DNA of 64,000 nt from the human T2T-CHM13v2.0 reference genome, Homo sapiens: NCBI RefSeq assembly GCF_009914755.1, contig NC_060928.1. One strand, given 5' to 3'. Numbering within the stretch: the stretch's first letter is position 1; each line of letters begins with the position of its first letter. Under the pieces are notes generated by a model. The model did no database searches, was not told the origin of the DNA, and saw only the letters and a list, made by a program, of their open reading frames with translations. This document shows, in pieces, positions 24,530 through 38,864 of this stretch. The translations under genes were made by a program, and so were the position numbers.

Positions 24530-27480
24530 ACAAAAAAGGCGTAAACAATCCATTCACAGAAGAAAAAATCCACAAGACTAATAATCATATGAAAGAATAC
24601 TCACTTTCAGTAATAATGGAAGATATGTTAAGCGAAAGTGATAATCAAGAATTATGTGTCATTACTAACATTTATTTTAAAGCATGATATTATTCAAAAC
24701 AATCCACGTACTGTAAAACATGTATTCTTATCACTGATGTTGGAAGAATATAGAAGTACAACTATTTGGGAAAGTAATCTTGGTAAAATATGCCCAGCCT
24801 TAAAACCATATATGTTCTTTAACCTAATATTCCCACTTTTAAATACTTATAAGGACATAATTATATATTAAAAAGAGTTTCTCCATGAAAATAATTCTGT
24901 TATAATTTTATAATAACACTTGAAAACACTATATTGGATATACAAATCAATTACTAATATATACCTATCACTTTAAATCATTTGCTTTATATACAACTGT
25001 TTAATATATTATATAATGCATAATGTATGTTAGTATAATCTTTAATATTTATTATATCATATGTCATATATAGCTTTATATAAATATTATATCACATATA
25101 GAGTGTGCATATATATAATGTATGCCATGTGCATGCACAAAAATTTAATTACATCTAAATGATGATTTTTAACAAATTCCTTTATTGTGCTCTTTTTTTA
25201 TATTTGTGCATTTTCCATGTTTTATAAAACTATCAAGGGTCATTTCTATGATAGAAAAATAATTATAAAGAAAGAAAATAATGAGCAAAGTTTTTATACA
25301 TTGGTATAAATTTGTATAAATTTATTGGTGTAAATTTAAAATGTTGGTGCTGGAACAATTGGACATCCATAAGCAAAAGTAAAAAGACAAAACACATAGA
25401 TAATACACATAAATATAAAAGTAGAAATCTAAGATTTCTTGAAGAAAACATAAGAGAAAAATTTTTCAGTTTTGAATAAGGAAAGATTTCCTAGGTAGGA
25501 CACAGAAAGTATGAATAATAAAGAAAAATACAGATAAACAATTTTATCAGTACCTAGTGATTAAGAAGTTTCAGTAAGAAAGGGTTTGTTAGATTTGGCA
25601 TTTAGAACACAATTGATTACTTTTTCCCAAGGTGAATTCAAGATTATAGCTAACTTTTATTGCTATTTCAGTGGAAGTGGTTCTTCTTTAAAGAGACAGG
25701 ATCTGAATCCGACTTTAATTAATTCATCTCTTAGGGTACTATTCTGATAAGTGCTTCAGGTCAACAGTATGCATGGTGATTCTTAATTTTCTTTTAATTC
25801 CAAAGGCTAATGTCTCCAGATTTTGCTCCCCAAATTACGGTGCATTTCATTTAGCAGTGTAAAGAACACAATTTAAAAACCAAGGGGAGCACAGCAAGGT
25901 AACAGTTTATCTGCAGTCTATCAGTAGAAGTGGACATGATATGACACAATACCAAACAGGGGTAGATCAGCAAATTTATTCAGGAAAACAAAACTCGGAG
26001 GAAAAAGATCAATGTCCCTTTTTCAGGCAAAATGTCTAAAGAGAAGAAGAGAAAAATCATGGTAAGAAGTAAAGAAAATCATAGTTACTTTTTAATTGTT
26101 TTGGCAAGGCAAATCCTGTAATTTAAGGTAGAAATAAAGAACAAAGTATCTATATTTTTTTCTTTTTCTCTTAGGTTTTTATTTACGTTTTTCAGAGTAA
26201 TCAAGAAAAATAGGCTGGAAATTTCTGGTTTCACTATCTAGCAAGATAGGAATTTAAGTGGTACATTTACATCCTTGTTGGATTAAAGGAAAAGAAAAAT
26301 TGGCAAGGGCATAAGAAGGAAACTGACACATATCAACAATAAGCAAATTGATGAAATTTAAAATGTTGGTGCTGGAACAATTGGACATTCATAAGCAAAA
26401 AAAGATACGAAATAGATAATACACATAAGTGTAAAATACAAAATCTAAGTTTCCTTGAAGAAAATACAAGAGAAAGTTTTTACAAGCTTGGACAAGCAAA
26501 GATTTCCTAGGTGGGACACAAAAAGTATTAATAATAAATAAAATTACTGATAAACTTTATCAAAGTTAATATTTTTGTTTTTAAAAGGCACCTAAGAAAC
26601 TATGAAAACAAGCCATAGACTGAGAAAATATTTGCAAAACACAAAAAAGGTTTGATTTCTAAAATATATAAAAAATCTCAATTCAATAAAAAGAAAACAA
26701 GGCAAAAATTAAAAATAGGTAAACAGTTTGACAGATGTTTCACCAAAGAAGGTATACAAATGATAAATAAGCATATCTCAACATTACTCCCAATAGGAAA
26801 ATAAATATTAAAATTACATTGAGATACTACTACACTCTTACAATTATGGATAAAAAATAATTTTAATGGCAATACGTTTGCTAATGAGGATGCAGCACAG
26901 CTATAATTCTCATACACTGTGGGGGATGGGTGGAACGAAAAATAGTACAGTCACTTTAGAAAACAAATTTGTAGTTCTTTATAAAATTAAGCATATGCTT
27001 ATCACACAACACAACAATCCTGTTTACTTAAGATAATAAAAGCAAATGTCTGCTCAAAGGTCTGTATATGAAAGTTGCAGTAGTTGTAATCATAATTACC
27101 CAAACAGAAAGCAACACAAATATAACCGGTAAATAGAGAAACAGTGGAAAACTACTTTACAAAAAAAGCAATAAAAAGCAACCAACTACAGGTTTATGTG
27201 ATAACAGAAATCTTAAATGCATTTCACACAGTGAAAGAAGCCAGACTCAAAAACATATGTACTATATAATTTTATTTATATCACATTCTGAAAAGGGATG
27301 GGTCAGTAATCGCCAGTTCCTGAGTCTGAGTGGCTACTGAAGACCATAAAGATACTTCATAGGGTGATGGATATGTTCTATGTCTTGATGATGATGGGAA
27401 AATTCATGCCACTGTACACCTAAAAATGATTGATTTTACTCTATGTAACTTATACTTCCATGAATCTAATTTAAAACAAA
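24530..27480 (+). mobile_element. Old L1M (ME/MC-like) 3' fragments, discontinuous
   Basis: ORF2-end and 3'UTR motifs (tggtgctggaacaattggacat, agaagccagactcaaaa, ggtgatggatatgttctatgtcttgat); the ~25550-26346 interval is not clearly L1. Confidence 0.65.
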
Positions 27481-30400
27481 CAAACTAACTAGAAAAGAAC
27501 AAAGAGAAACCCATGAGAGTCAAGCAAGAGATTTCTTGGAGTATGGTATATTTCTTGACAAACTTAGCAAATTTTCATTTGTCAAAAGTGTGTAATAGCA
27601 GAGTTGGGATTTCACTCAAGTAAGTCTAAAAATATATAAAAAGAGAATCTCTAGAGAATTCTAGTAATCATGGCAGAACTCAGGTTTTACTTCACGAAAG
27701 TCAAGTTCAGTAATATATTTGGCCTACTGTATCCTTATTTTTAGGGTAATTTTATGTCTCCATTTTCCTGGAACATTCCCATTTATGGCTAGTTTAATAC
27801 AGCATACCATTTTTCTCTCAAGTTTTCCTATTTGGGCAGTAAAGTACATGGTCACCTAACTTAAGTATGTGTCATGTTAGATGTTCCACATATATATGTA
27901 GAAGAATGGCTTTCTAGGTGTGGAGTTTCTAGCAAAAGATTAAATTCACGTTGAGTTCTCTTAAAAGAGAATATTACGTCAATTTTAAAGTTGATCTTAC
28001 TGTTACAAAAAAGGAAATGTGTAAGGTTATGTACTCAATATCTTTAATAGTCTGTCATACATCAATTAAGAGTTTGTTGAACATACTACAAGTCCTAATC
28101 AGCATTTTTTCTATCAATTTAGTTACTTTTTAAAATAGAGAATTACACCATTATTGAAAATGAGGTCTAAAACCATATTAAGTGCTGGCACCTCTCTATT
28201 CCTAAGCATCAGCAGATAGCTAAAAAAGAAAGAAACATAAAGGATGAGGTCAATGATGAGCTCTTCTCCAGAGCTGCTGGAACCAGAGGGATTAATGACA
28301 TCATGATACAGATTGTTAGGTCATTGCTCTTAGGTCTTTGCTCCGAGGATGGAAAGAAAACACAAATTAGTGTGATATTTAAACTATTCATTAAAAATTC
28401 CATTGAGAGAAAAAGATGGCCTCATTTTATAGTTTACTCTATGTTTTAAAAAAATAAAATGAACTTGAAACTATTACTGAATTCAAATGAAGCTGCCATG
28501 ATGACAGGGCTAGTATATTGTCCCCACCATGGAACTGCTCCCAAAGACAAACTCCAATGAATGAATTAGATATTGCTTTTTGGTGAGTGGAAGCAAGACA
28601 AGCAAATTAAACTATTGGGAAAATTAAGGAATTAAACTACAGTTTTAAAGACCATTATAATGAAGTTTCTGTATAGATATAATAATATTCATCCCATTGG
28701 CTTTCTCTGGGCCTTATTAAACCATAGGCAATATCAAACTTATTTACTCTTCTAGCACATAGTAACCCCTATTGGCTCAGAAAAGCAATTCTCCAATCCC
28801 TGTGAAAAAATCTAAATTCTTCTATCTCTAGTTCTAAAATAGCTGGAATTCAAACTGCAATTTGGAGAATTAGACAATCATTAGTAGAGCAGCTAATACT
28901 CAGGAAGTGCTGGCATAATTCCAAAGCAATGCTCAAATAGAAAGCTCCAGTTGGACTATTTTATGTACTGTTTAGTTATTTTCAACTGTGAAGTAGAAAA
29001 GGCAATATAATTCACCCCAAGAAACAGGTGAGTCATTTATTGGTAAAGCAGATATAGTAGTAAAGTGCTCCAGGAAACATAGTGAGTGAGCAGGATTTTG
29101 GAAGAAAATGTAGTATAAGGGAAGTTGCTAAAATATGTACTAATTTCATGAGAAGTAGATCTTCATAACAAACTTTGATATGTGCTTGTTATGTAGCTAT
29201 GTAAAAACAATATGTAAGAGAATGCTTATTCTTTTATATAAGCGAAATATATTTTCTTATATTTAATATCACATATAATGGGAAAATTTTCTTATAAGAA
29301 AATATAAGAGAATTCTCTATAAGAGAATGTAAGGAATTAGTAACTTATATGCCATGCCAATTGAGAGATATGATAATATTCAATAGGAAAATCAACATTC
29401 TTTTAATAAATCAATTTTAACCTTAAATACATGGTTCTTCAAGTACCCTAATGTCCAAATATTTCATTTTAATATAAATCTCTTCCTAAAATACCACTGT
29501 ACAATTGAATTAAAATATCTTTCTATTCTTTAAGTAACAATACAATATCCTTGTTGACTAGGATCTTTCATGTAATTTTATATTATTAGAATTAGTATTT
29601 TATATATTGTCTTGTATTATCTTACTTTGTATTTTATTATTCTATATAAATTTTAAATTTTGGAATGTATTGATATATAGAATCCTCTTTGTAACACATA
29701 GTTTTTTTAGTCAGCTAAAAAAGTCAATTTAAAATAATATTTGAATAAAACAAAATATAAACATTTGTCATAATTTTATAATCAATGAATGAAATATGTT
29801 ACCAAGTGAGTCTTTTTCCCTCAGCTGACTATATTACTTCCATATTGATCTCATTTGGTCAATAAACATCAGAGATCATGAGGTATCAGGCTGTGTGTCA
29901 CCATATTCAAAGTGTTACAAAGTATCAGATGACTTCAAAATCTTCCTAAAATCCAAGATTTAGACCTCAATTCAGTGCTAGTGCTCTGACAAGTGACTGT
30001 GAGTATATGTATATATTTGTGCTGTATGACTTGTGACTGAATGCTTTTCTAGAAGTTCTAAATTTTCTATATTGGGTAAGTATTTTCATCTAAATAAGAA
30101 TAAAATAAAACAACACGAAATACTATGGGCCTAGCATTTTGAAACCTAGGCCCCGTTGTAAAATAAAGAAAACTAATTTTACTAGGACCAGAGAAAAGCT
30201 CTGAGCAGCCTTTCAGCTGCAAATGGTGGCTCAGAAACTAGGCAGTCCAAGGGAATCTAAAAGCAGCCCAGCAAGTGCTTGGTGCCAAGCCTCCAATAGG
30301 AATCAAGGACACAGCACCAAGAAAAAAATAATATCAGATAATTATATGAGCTGAGTATGGAGAAGAAATCATGTTCTAACTGTGCGTATTAGCATCTGTA

Positions 30401-30879
30401 TAGAAATGACAAGAAACCAAGTAGTCTTCAGTTCCATATACCTACATAGAGACACTGGCAATGATGAGCAGAGCTGGAACTTATGTGAAAGGATATTATT
30501 TGCTCCACTTGTACAATCTCCACTGGACCTATTTTCTAATCTTGGTCATATAATTCTTATTTCTCTAGTAGCAAGAAGTCATGCTGAAGCTTAGAGCAGT
30601 GGACCTTGGCAAACACGGACTGCCCCCGTCCTGGTACTACAGAGATTTCAAGATCTGTCTCTCCCAGCATACAGACTATGTGAAATTAAGAGAGAAGAGA
30701 GCTTCGTGAATCAGTTCAAAAAGGGACTATAGAGCTACATAATACTAAGAAAAGGAGGGCTTAAACCTGCAATGTCTTTTATGGATCCAAAGAAATAAAT
30801 TGGTCACAGATTTTAGAGTAGGAGCTAGTTTCCAGGTAGCAAGTAAACAGTTCCAACAGTGATAACTGGAGCAACTTAT

Positions 30880-31520
30880 CCATTTCTTCAATTATCAAGT
30901 CAGTAATGGAATAAGTATTTGAATAAAGGCAGGCTAGTTCTAAGGCTATGGCAGTAGTCCAAGAGATGACAGGTGAGTACAGTGGAGTTGGGAGAACAGT
31001 AACAAATGAAGGAAAATGGAGAGGACATAATAATTTGTTTGAAGTATCATGTTAAGAAGAACTCCCATATTTCTGACTTGAGGACTTGTTTGGCAATGAT
31101 AGGAGATTGTGGAGAGCAAAAAGGATTGGAAAAAGAGAATCACAATTTAGCTTTGGCGTGTAAAATTTGAAATGCTTTGGAAAACAAGTGTAAATGTTAA
31201 CTACGCAAATAATTGCATGGGTATCTAATTCAGAAAAAAAGGCTTGTCTGAAAAAAACAAACATAAAAATGTTTGGTTCATTGATATTGATTGAATTCCT
31301 GCAAATAGATATGATCATGTGAGGAAGTTAGAGTGAGAAGAGAAAAATCTAAGTAAACGCTTACCATTTATTATATTTAAAGGTCTTGAAAAAAAAGAGT
31401 GAGAAAATAAGACTGGGTAGTAAAGAACAGTAAAAACAAGCAAAGAGTAGTAAGAAACAAACGGTCATGCTGCTGAAAAATCAAATAATTTAACAAATTA
31501 AGATTGTATAAGTTTCCTTT
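30880..31520 (-). mobile_element. Degenerate L2 fragment
   Basis: Purine-rich L2-type text (gcagtagtccaagagatgac, tttgaaatgctttggaaaacaagtg); boundaries approximate. Confidence 0.5.
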
Positions 31521-34500
31521 GGCAGTATAGTCTTATTGAAGTGGTAAAGCCTCACTAAAGAGTAAAGAAATGTATTAAAAAATGGAAGCTCTTGGCAGCT
31601 TTTGAGAAAGAATGCTTCCTCTATTTTGACAAGAAAAAAAAAAAGAGGATGGCTAAGGATTCGGAGAGGTATTTTTTTTTGTTTAGTGGTGGGGAAGAGA
31701 AAGCAGTTCCAAAATGCTGACTTCTATTTTCTTTGGGAAGTAAGAGACTTCTGAAATTCTGCTGATTATGATAAAGTTGAAGTGGCTAGGAGCAGGTAGA
31801 ATGGAAAGGCCTAAAGTTATTGTGAAACATAGAATGATTAGTGATTTTCCAACTAGAAAAAGAGAATGTCATTTAAAGTTTAAGCATCATTTATATTGGT
31901 GAACACAAAGTTGATGACAGTATCATTCCAATGTGGTTGTATAATTTCCTTCAACAATGCTCACTTGCTCAGGTAGAAATGTGGAAAATGGTTGGGCTAT
32001 TCATGATGGGGGAAAAAATTTCAGGTTTGGAGGAGAGTGACTGAGATAACCGCATATGTAGTTCAAGCTGAATACAGAAGAAAGTGAAGAAAGGAAGTAA
32101 CTAATGGACAGTGTGAACACTGAGGTTGAAGATTGAATTTCTGATTAGATATTAGTGAGCTAAAACTCCCAACAAGGCCAAAGAAAGAAAAGTTGTGGAA
32201 ATAGCTGAACAAGCATTTCATACAGGCAGAAAGTTGAGTTTGGATATTTCAATAAATGAGGTTTTCCAATAATAATTTTGGAAATGGGGGAGTTGGCTGA
32301 CTGTAAGGCCCACAGTGTAACAGTGTGAGGGCGTGATTACATGTACGTGTGATATTTGTGTTGTCATTTGCATCAAGGTGTAGTAAAAATGAAGTCTGTG
32401 GACCAGGCGCCAAAGGCTCCATGGAATGAAGCAGATTCCACAAGACAAGCTAATTCTATTCAGAAGGCAGTATAGCCAGGGAAATAAAAAGGAAGTTCAC
32501 AAACTCAAAGGTGAGAACCAGTCTGAAAGTGGAGTCTGTTTTGTAAATTGCTTAAGGGGATTGCAGAGGAAGCAGTGTTCACAAGAGAGCAAGTTGGAAT
32601 GAATAAAGAAATGTAATGAGTATTAACATTGAAGCTGACATCAAAGAGTTAGATCATCATATTGTAATCATAAGAAGCAGAAGAATTTTCAACCTAAAGA
32701 ATTTGAGCCTAATTTGCTATATTTAGCCTTTGTTTATACATTTAGAATATAGAATAACAGTGAGAGCCAAATCTGTAACTCACAAAGACAATCATGCAAA
32801 TTCATGAAACCTCTTAATGAATAAATAAAAAGGGTTTTTGTTTCAGACTCCCCCCACAAAAAGCTAAAAAAGAAATAATGAAAAACAAAACGACAAAAAA
32901 TGGGAATTTTAAAAACAAAAAGAAACAACAAAAGAAGTCCAGTTACTACCATTCCTGTGAAGTTTCTTCAAAACTAATGAGAATATATGTCAAAAATTAT
33001 ACATTTTGAAAAATAAGTGTACAATACAGTATTGTTAATTATAGGCACTGTGTTTCACAGCAGATTTCTAGAACTTGTATTGCGTAATCTGAACTGAAGT
33101 TTCCTTGTGCAGCTGTGGGCTTTACCAGATGACATAGGCTACGTGTACTGTCTTTTTCCAATGGTAGTCATGGAATTACAGATTCTACCTCCCTGCTAGT
33201 TTCCTTTTTTTTTTTTTTTTTTTTCGTGAGGGATTCATTTGTTTCTTGTTTATTGATATTTCCCTTTCTTATTTTCAAGCATGATATATACTTATTCATT
33301 TATTTTTATAATTGGTATATTGTTTCTGAGTTAGGCAGTTGTAGGGAAGATTGCAGTCTACTATTCTGGAATTAGAAATCTTAAGAAAATTATATATACA
33401 GCTGGAAATGATTCATTAAATGTAATGAGAACCAGAGTTTTGTTAATCCTACTTTTATTCACAATAAGAGATGAGCAAAGAAAATTATTATTGCCCAATT
33501 GAAACCACTTATATGGTTAGTTGGTTTTCCTATATTATTTTTAATATTCTACAATGGGAATCAGAGTATGTATTTATTGGTTCCAAACTTCTGCTGCTTA
33601 TTTGTAAAATTTTAAGAGCTAATTAGATTATCTTTAAAGATTTGCTTCCCCATTGAATTATGCATTTGATATCTCTCCAAGTCCATTTAATTTGATAGAA
33701 TGTCTGGAATCACACCCTATCATAAAGTAAAGCAACCTAAACTCTTGCAAGAAAACAACGTAATTAATGTATAAGTATTAAAAAAGAAATTACATCTGAA
33801 CTTACAAGGTTGTGTGCAAACCAAAAACCAAGCAATTGAGCTTTTGTATCTTGATGCAAACAATATACATCCAACCCATAATGTGATCATTTATACTGAA
33901 GTGAAGATAATAGTTTCCTTACATCGATCTACATGAACATCAAGGTTTCCCTTTTTATTCTCCAGCTGGTGTAGAACCAGATAGAGACACAAAGGCTGAC
34001 AGCACTGATTTAAAGAATAAAGTTTTATAAATAAAATACATACTTTTTTCTATTTCATTAAAAATATCATTATAGAATAAATCACACAACACCAAATCAA
34101 TCCTTCTTGAAAAGTACAGCAGATATGGGAACTGAAGCCCCAAATAGCTATGTTGAAATGCTGAAATGCTATTTAAAAGTGAATTCATAACTTAAGACCA
34201 CAAAACATTAAAATGTTGTGATCATCTGGATTCTTTAATATTTCTTATTTGAAATCCTTTTGTCATGACAAGAGGAAAGCGTAAATGCTGAGTGTAAGAT
34301 ATTTATCAAGGTTTATTCAAAAATAAAATTGTTAACATGTACTGAATTCTTCCTATATGCCAGGTATTCTGCTGACACTCAACAGACATTGTCTTCAAAA
34401 TGTACTCTCAAGTGGTCAGGATCCTATTCTCATGGTAAGAATAAAATCTCAGTGGAGACTTTCCTCATCCCAACCCCAGGTATGTTGATGCAGACATAGC

Positions 34501-35477
34501 TAATGGTTGAGTCACATGTTCCAAGACAGCAGTTATCAATAAGGTGACTGGATCCAAGAAATTATAAAGTAGAGGCTTGAGCAAATCTGCTCTATGCAAT
34601 TCAGAAGTTCTCAGTCCTTATCTAAAGGGTGTTTTGTTCATTTGCTTATTAGTATTATTATTACCATTATTATTATTATGCACATATTCCTGCAGTCCAC
34701 TACATTCTGAGGGATACCAAAGAAGTTTGAAGTCACATCCATCTCCTTGAAAAGTTTGGATAATAGTCTTGTTGGGAAACGAAACACACTAATAACAAAA
34801 TATTCAGCTCTAAAGCCTACCAAAACATACTGGAAGATTGTGTAGAACTAAGACACAAAGGCTGAGAGGACTGATTTAAAGAAAGAAGTTTTATTATGTA
34901 GAGTTGAAATAAATTTTGAGATGGACTGAGAAAAATGTGGAAAATTTAGGCTGGTAGGTATGAAAGAACCCACTTTTTGGGTAGTGGGAAAGGTACAAAT
35001 GTTGTCTCCATAATAAAAATAGGCAGGATTTGTTCATATAATACAGTAGTATAGTACAGAGATGATATTGGGAAGTATTAATGCATTCATGGGAGTGGAT
35101 AAAGTGAGCTAGTCCTTTGAAGAACTTGATTACCAAGCCAATCAATCTAGATATAATAGTACTATACTGAGTAGTTTTCTTATATAATGAAAGAAGAGAA
35201 GAAAAAAGGGAAAATGCTGTTTTGTATCAGGCACAATTCTGGGATTATTTGCTGCATTTGTCTCAACAAATCTGAAAAAGTAGACATTACTGTGAACTGA
35301 CAGAGTAAGACAGGGACTTGTAAACCAGATAAATTACCCAAGGTTAGAGAGTGGATTATGGTAGAAACAGAATTCAAATCCAAGTGTGTTTATTCTTAAC
35401 ATCTATGTTCTTCCCACAGAGCAAACAATAGCTAGAGATTTATATTTCTGACTCATCTTATATTTCAAAAATACTCG

Positions 35478-35655
35478 TACATACCTACATATGTATATGT
35501 GTATTTCTAATACATACATATTTATGCATCTATATATAGTCCTCAGCCTATGAATATATATGTGTTTATAACACTTCCAGTGCAAATACATACATGTATA
35601 GAAATATGTACATATGTATATATACATATATATGCACACATATATATATTCACAT
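35478..35655. repeat. Degenerate (TA/CA)n low-complexity tract
   Basis: Seen directly. Confidence 0.75.
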
Positions 35656-36519
35656 GCAGAGGTTCATTTATTCATTTAGCAAACATTTATTCAATAACTA
35701 ATATGTGTGAGGTAAGTTGAATGACTTAAAAATGTGAACCTTTCCCCATCGTTTCTGTTAGCTCAAAATTTAGCAAACCTCAATGCTTATCTTATGTATA
35801 AAGGAATCTTGGTTTATGCAAAAGAAATAAGCATTAGTATATCTTCAAAGTTTTAAGTTTTTGTTTTTTATAAGTATTTTATTATAATATTCATTTTATC
35901 TTTTGAGCAGATAACTTTGATTAGCATTTAAAACAACACTTTAATTTCATAAAACTGTTTTATTGCTAACCCTCAATTAAAACATATAAAAGGGTCTGAA
36001 AATAACTTTAATGCCATGGATCCTTCAGAGGTCCATTCATGTAGAATACTCAATTTTTTCCAATTATTACCGTTTGCCTCCTTGTACAGAACATCCTGCA
36101 ACATTTGCCAAGTACCTTTTAGAATCACAGTCAAAGACTAAAAGGGAACCTCAATGATTTTTGGCTCATGTACATAGTGTCTTCAGTAGCAGCTTGCGGC
36201 ATTGATGTGCCCCAATGGAATGTTGTTTCCGGAAAGAGGGTAAATGAATCACTTTTATGGGCTGAGTCTTTCTCTGCACGTCACCTTGCATTATTAATGG
36301 TTGATTCAATTTTGCTGGCTAGAATTAGAGTTCTTTCTAGGGTGAGGTTATCTTCAAGTAGCTGTCTTATTATTTCCTATATTGCCAACCATTAGTATTA
36401 TTTAGACCCAGAGCATTTTATTTCTCTTTTCCCTATGTTTGATTATATTTTTAATTTCTATGTGAATTTCCAGAAGATGCTTTTAGCTAGCCAAACGAAA
36501 ACCCCTTGTGGCACATTAT

Positions 36520-36745
36520 TTTAAGACAGAATTTGGAATTTGACACACCTGGATTTGATTCCTGGATCTATCATTTCAGCTTTATAACCTTGAACATGTT
36601 AATCTCTCTCAGGTACTATTTCCTCGCTTAGAAAATAAAGGATGAAATGAACTACACTATTGGAGCTACTATAAAGATGAAAGAAGATGAAAGTTTTCAG
36701 TAGGATTGTTGCCATGTAGTAAACCCCTTATAAATAGTATGTATA
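36520..36745 (+). mobile_element. MIR fragment
   Basis: gacacacctggatttgattcctggatcta..accttgaacatgttaatctctct..tttcctcgcttagaaaat. Confidence 0.65.
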
Positions 36746-37577
36746 ATAATTTGTCACATGCTGTTAGGTTAAGCCATCAACAACAAACATGGCAATAATT
36801 CAAGTTCAAAAATACAGACGGGTTTGAATTAACATTGCACAATGATTTGTTTGTGTTTTCTTGTTTTTCCAAATTCAGTGTTATATTCTACTTTCATATT
36901 TTGTGAGCATTTATTAACTGAACGACTGCCACATGCATGGCAGTGTGCTAAATATTTGAGTGCATTATGATTTCACCCATTATGGGGTTTAAATCCATCT
37001 GAAAAGTAAAGATTAAGACCCATGAATCTGTGCATAATTCAAATGATACTTATTCACGTGTATTGTGTGGTAGAGAAAATGAATGTATAGGAAAGAAAGA
37101 GAATGAAAGTGAATGAGGAGGAAAATTAAATACAGTCAGGAAAGGCTTGATAAAGGACTTAAGAACTTGAATATGATTGTGAAACATAGTTATAATTTCT
37201 AAGAACAGCTGAGGAAAAAAGCTTAATTTGTATAGTTTATGAAGGAATGCATATGTTTGTGTTTCACAGAATTTAGAGTTAAGAATACACACACACACTA
37301 CACAGAAACTCAGAAAACCTATGCTACTTGCTCAGGTAATTAATTACTAGTCAATGGTAAAGTTCAAACTGATGTCTAGGTCTCCTGCTCCTGTTCCAGT
37401 ACATTTTTACCGCAATACATTGAGTGAGCAAGCTTTCAAAAGCTTCTTGAATTATTCATATGGATATGGAAAATCCTATCTTACAACATAAGGCCATTTC
37501 TATTTACAGATATTAAGACTATGAAAACTTTTTTCATATTCAGCCATCTCAATGACTAATTCTTGCATCATCAGTTT

Positions 37578-37768
37578 TAGTAGCACCATAGCTGGATCTC
37601 GTAAGTTCATGAAAGGCAATTGGGTGTGTTGCTTCCCAAATCCATGTTCAATGATATCACATTTGTAGCTTAAAACCAGCCAAACTAGTAGTATGTGTAC
37701 CATGGAAAATAAGGATTTGTTTGTTTTTCTGAAGATCTAGTTGTTAAACATTTACCAGTACACCACTG
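37578..37768 (+). mobile_element. MER63A-like hAT DNA transposon
   Basis: Ends TTGTTAAACATTTACCAGTACACCACTG; internal cttcccaaatccatgttcaatgatatcac matches the recalled MER63. Confidence 0.7.
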
Positions 37769-37917
37769 GTTGGAATAGTAAATTCCATACAGTGCCACTA
37801 TTAAAATAGCTAAAAATATGAAATTATGTTTATAATCTTACATAAATTGACTTTAGAGTGAGACGTGGAAAGGTAAAAAAAAAATGACATGGTCTTTGAA
37901 TTAAAATACCAGAAATA

Positions 37918-38350
<433 letters not shown>

Positions 38351-38569
38351 TTACACAAATTAAATAGGAATACCTTACCATGAATACACATTTTATCCTA
38401 GAAATTCAAGGACATTGCTATTTCAGAAAACCTATAAATCTAGTTTGGTGTTCATCAGTTGGTGAACTATGAATAAAATGATTATTTTAATAAATGAAAA
38501 TAAGGCATTTAAGTAAAAATCTCAGTAACTAAGGTAATGGAATATGCAAGCTACATACAGAAAAATGCA

Positions 38570-38864
38570 AGCCAGGAGCGGTGGCTCACACCTGTAATCC
38601 CAGCAGTTTGGGAGGCCAAAGCAGGCAGATCACTTGAGGTCAGGAGTTCAAGACCAGCCTGGCCAATATGGTGAAACCCCATCTCTACTAAAAAGTGCAA
38701 AAATTAGCGGGGCACGGTGGTGAGCGCCTGTAATCCCAGCTACTAGGGAGGCTGAGACAGCAGAATTGCTGAACCCACGTGGCGGAGGTTGCAGTGAGCT
38801 GACATGGGGCCACTGCACTCCATCCTGGGTGACAGAGTGAGACTCCATCTCAAAATAAATAAAT
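38570..38864 (+). mobile_element. AluS (Sx-like)
   Basis: Full dimer, (TAAA)n tail, TSD AAATGC(A). Confidence 0.95.

Noticed and set aside
2242-34515. Scattered AP-1 motifs (TGASTCA)
   Set aside because: Frequency looks compatible with background for a 7-mer in AT-rich DNA; no tight cluster.
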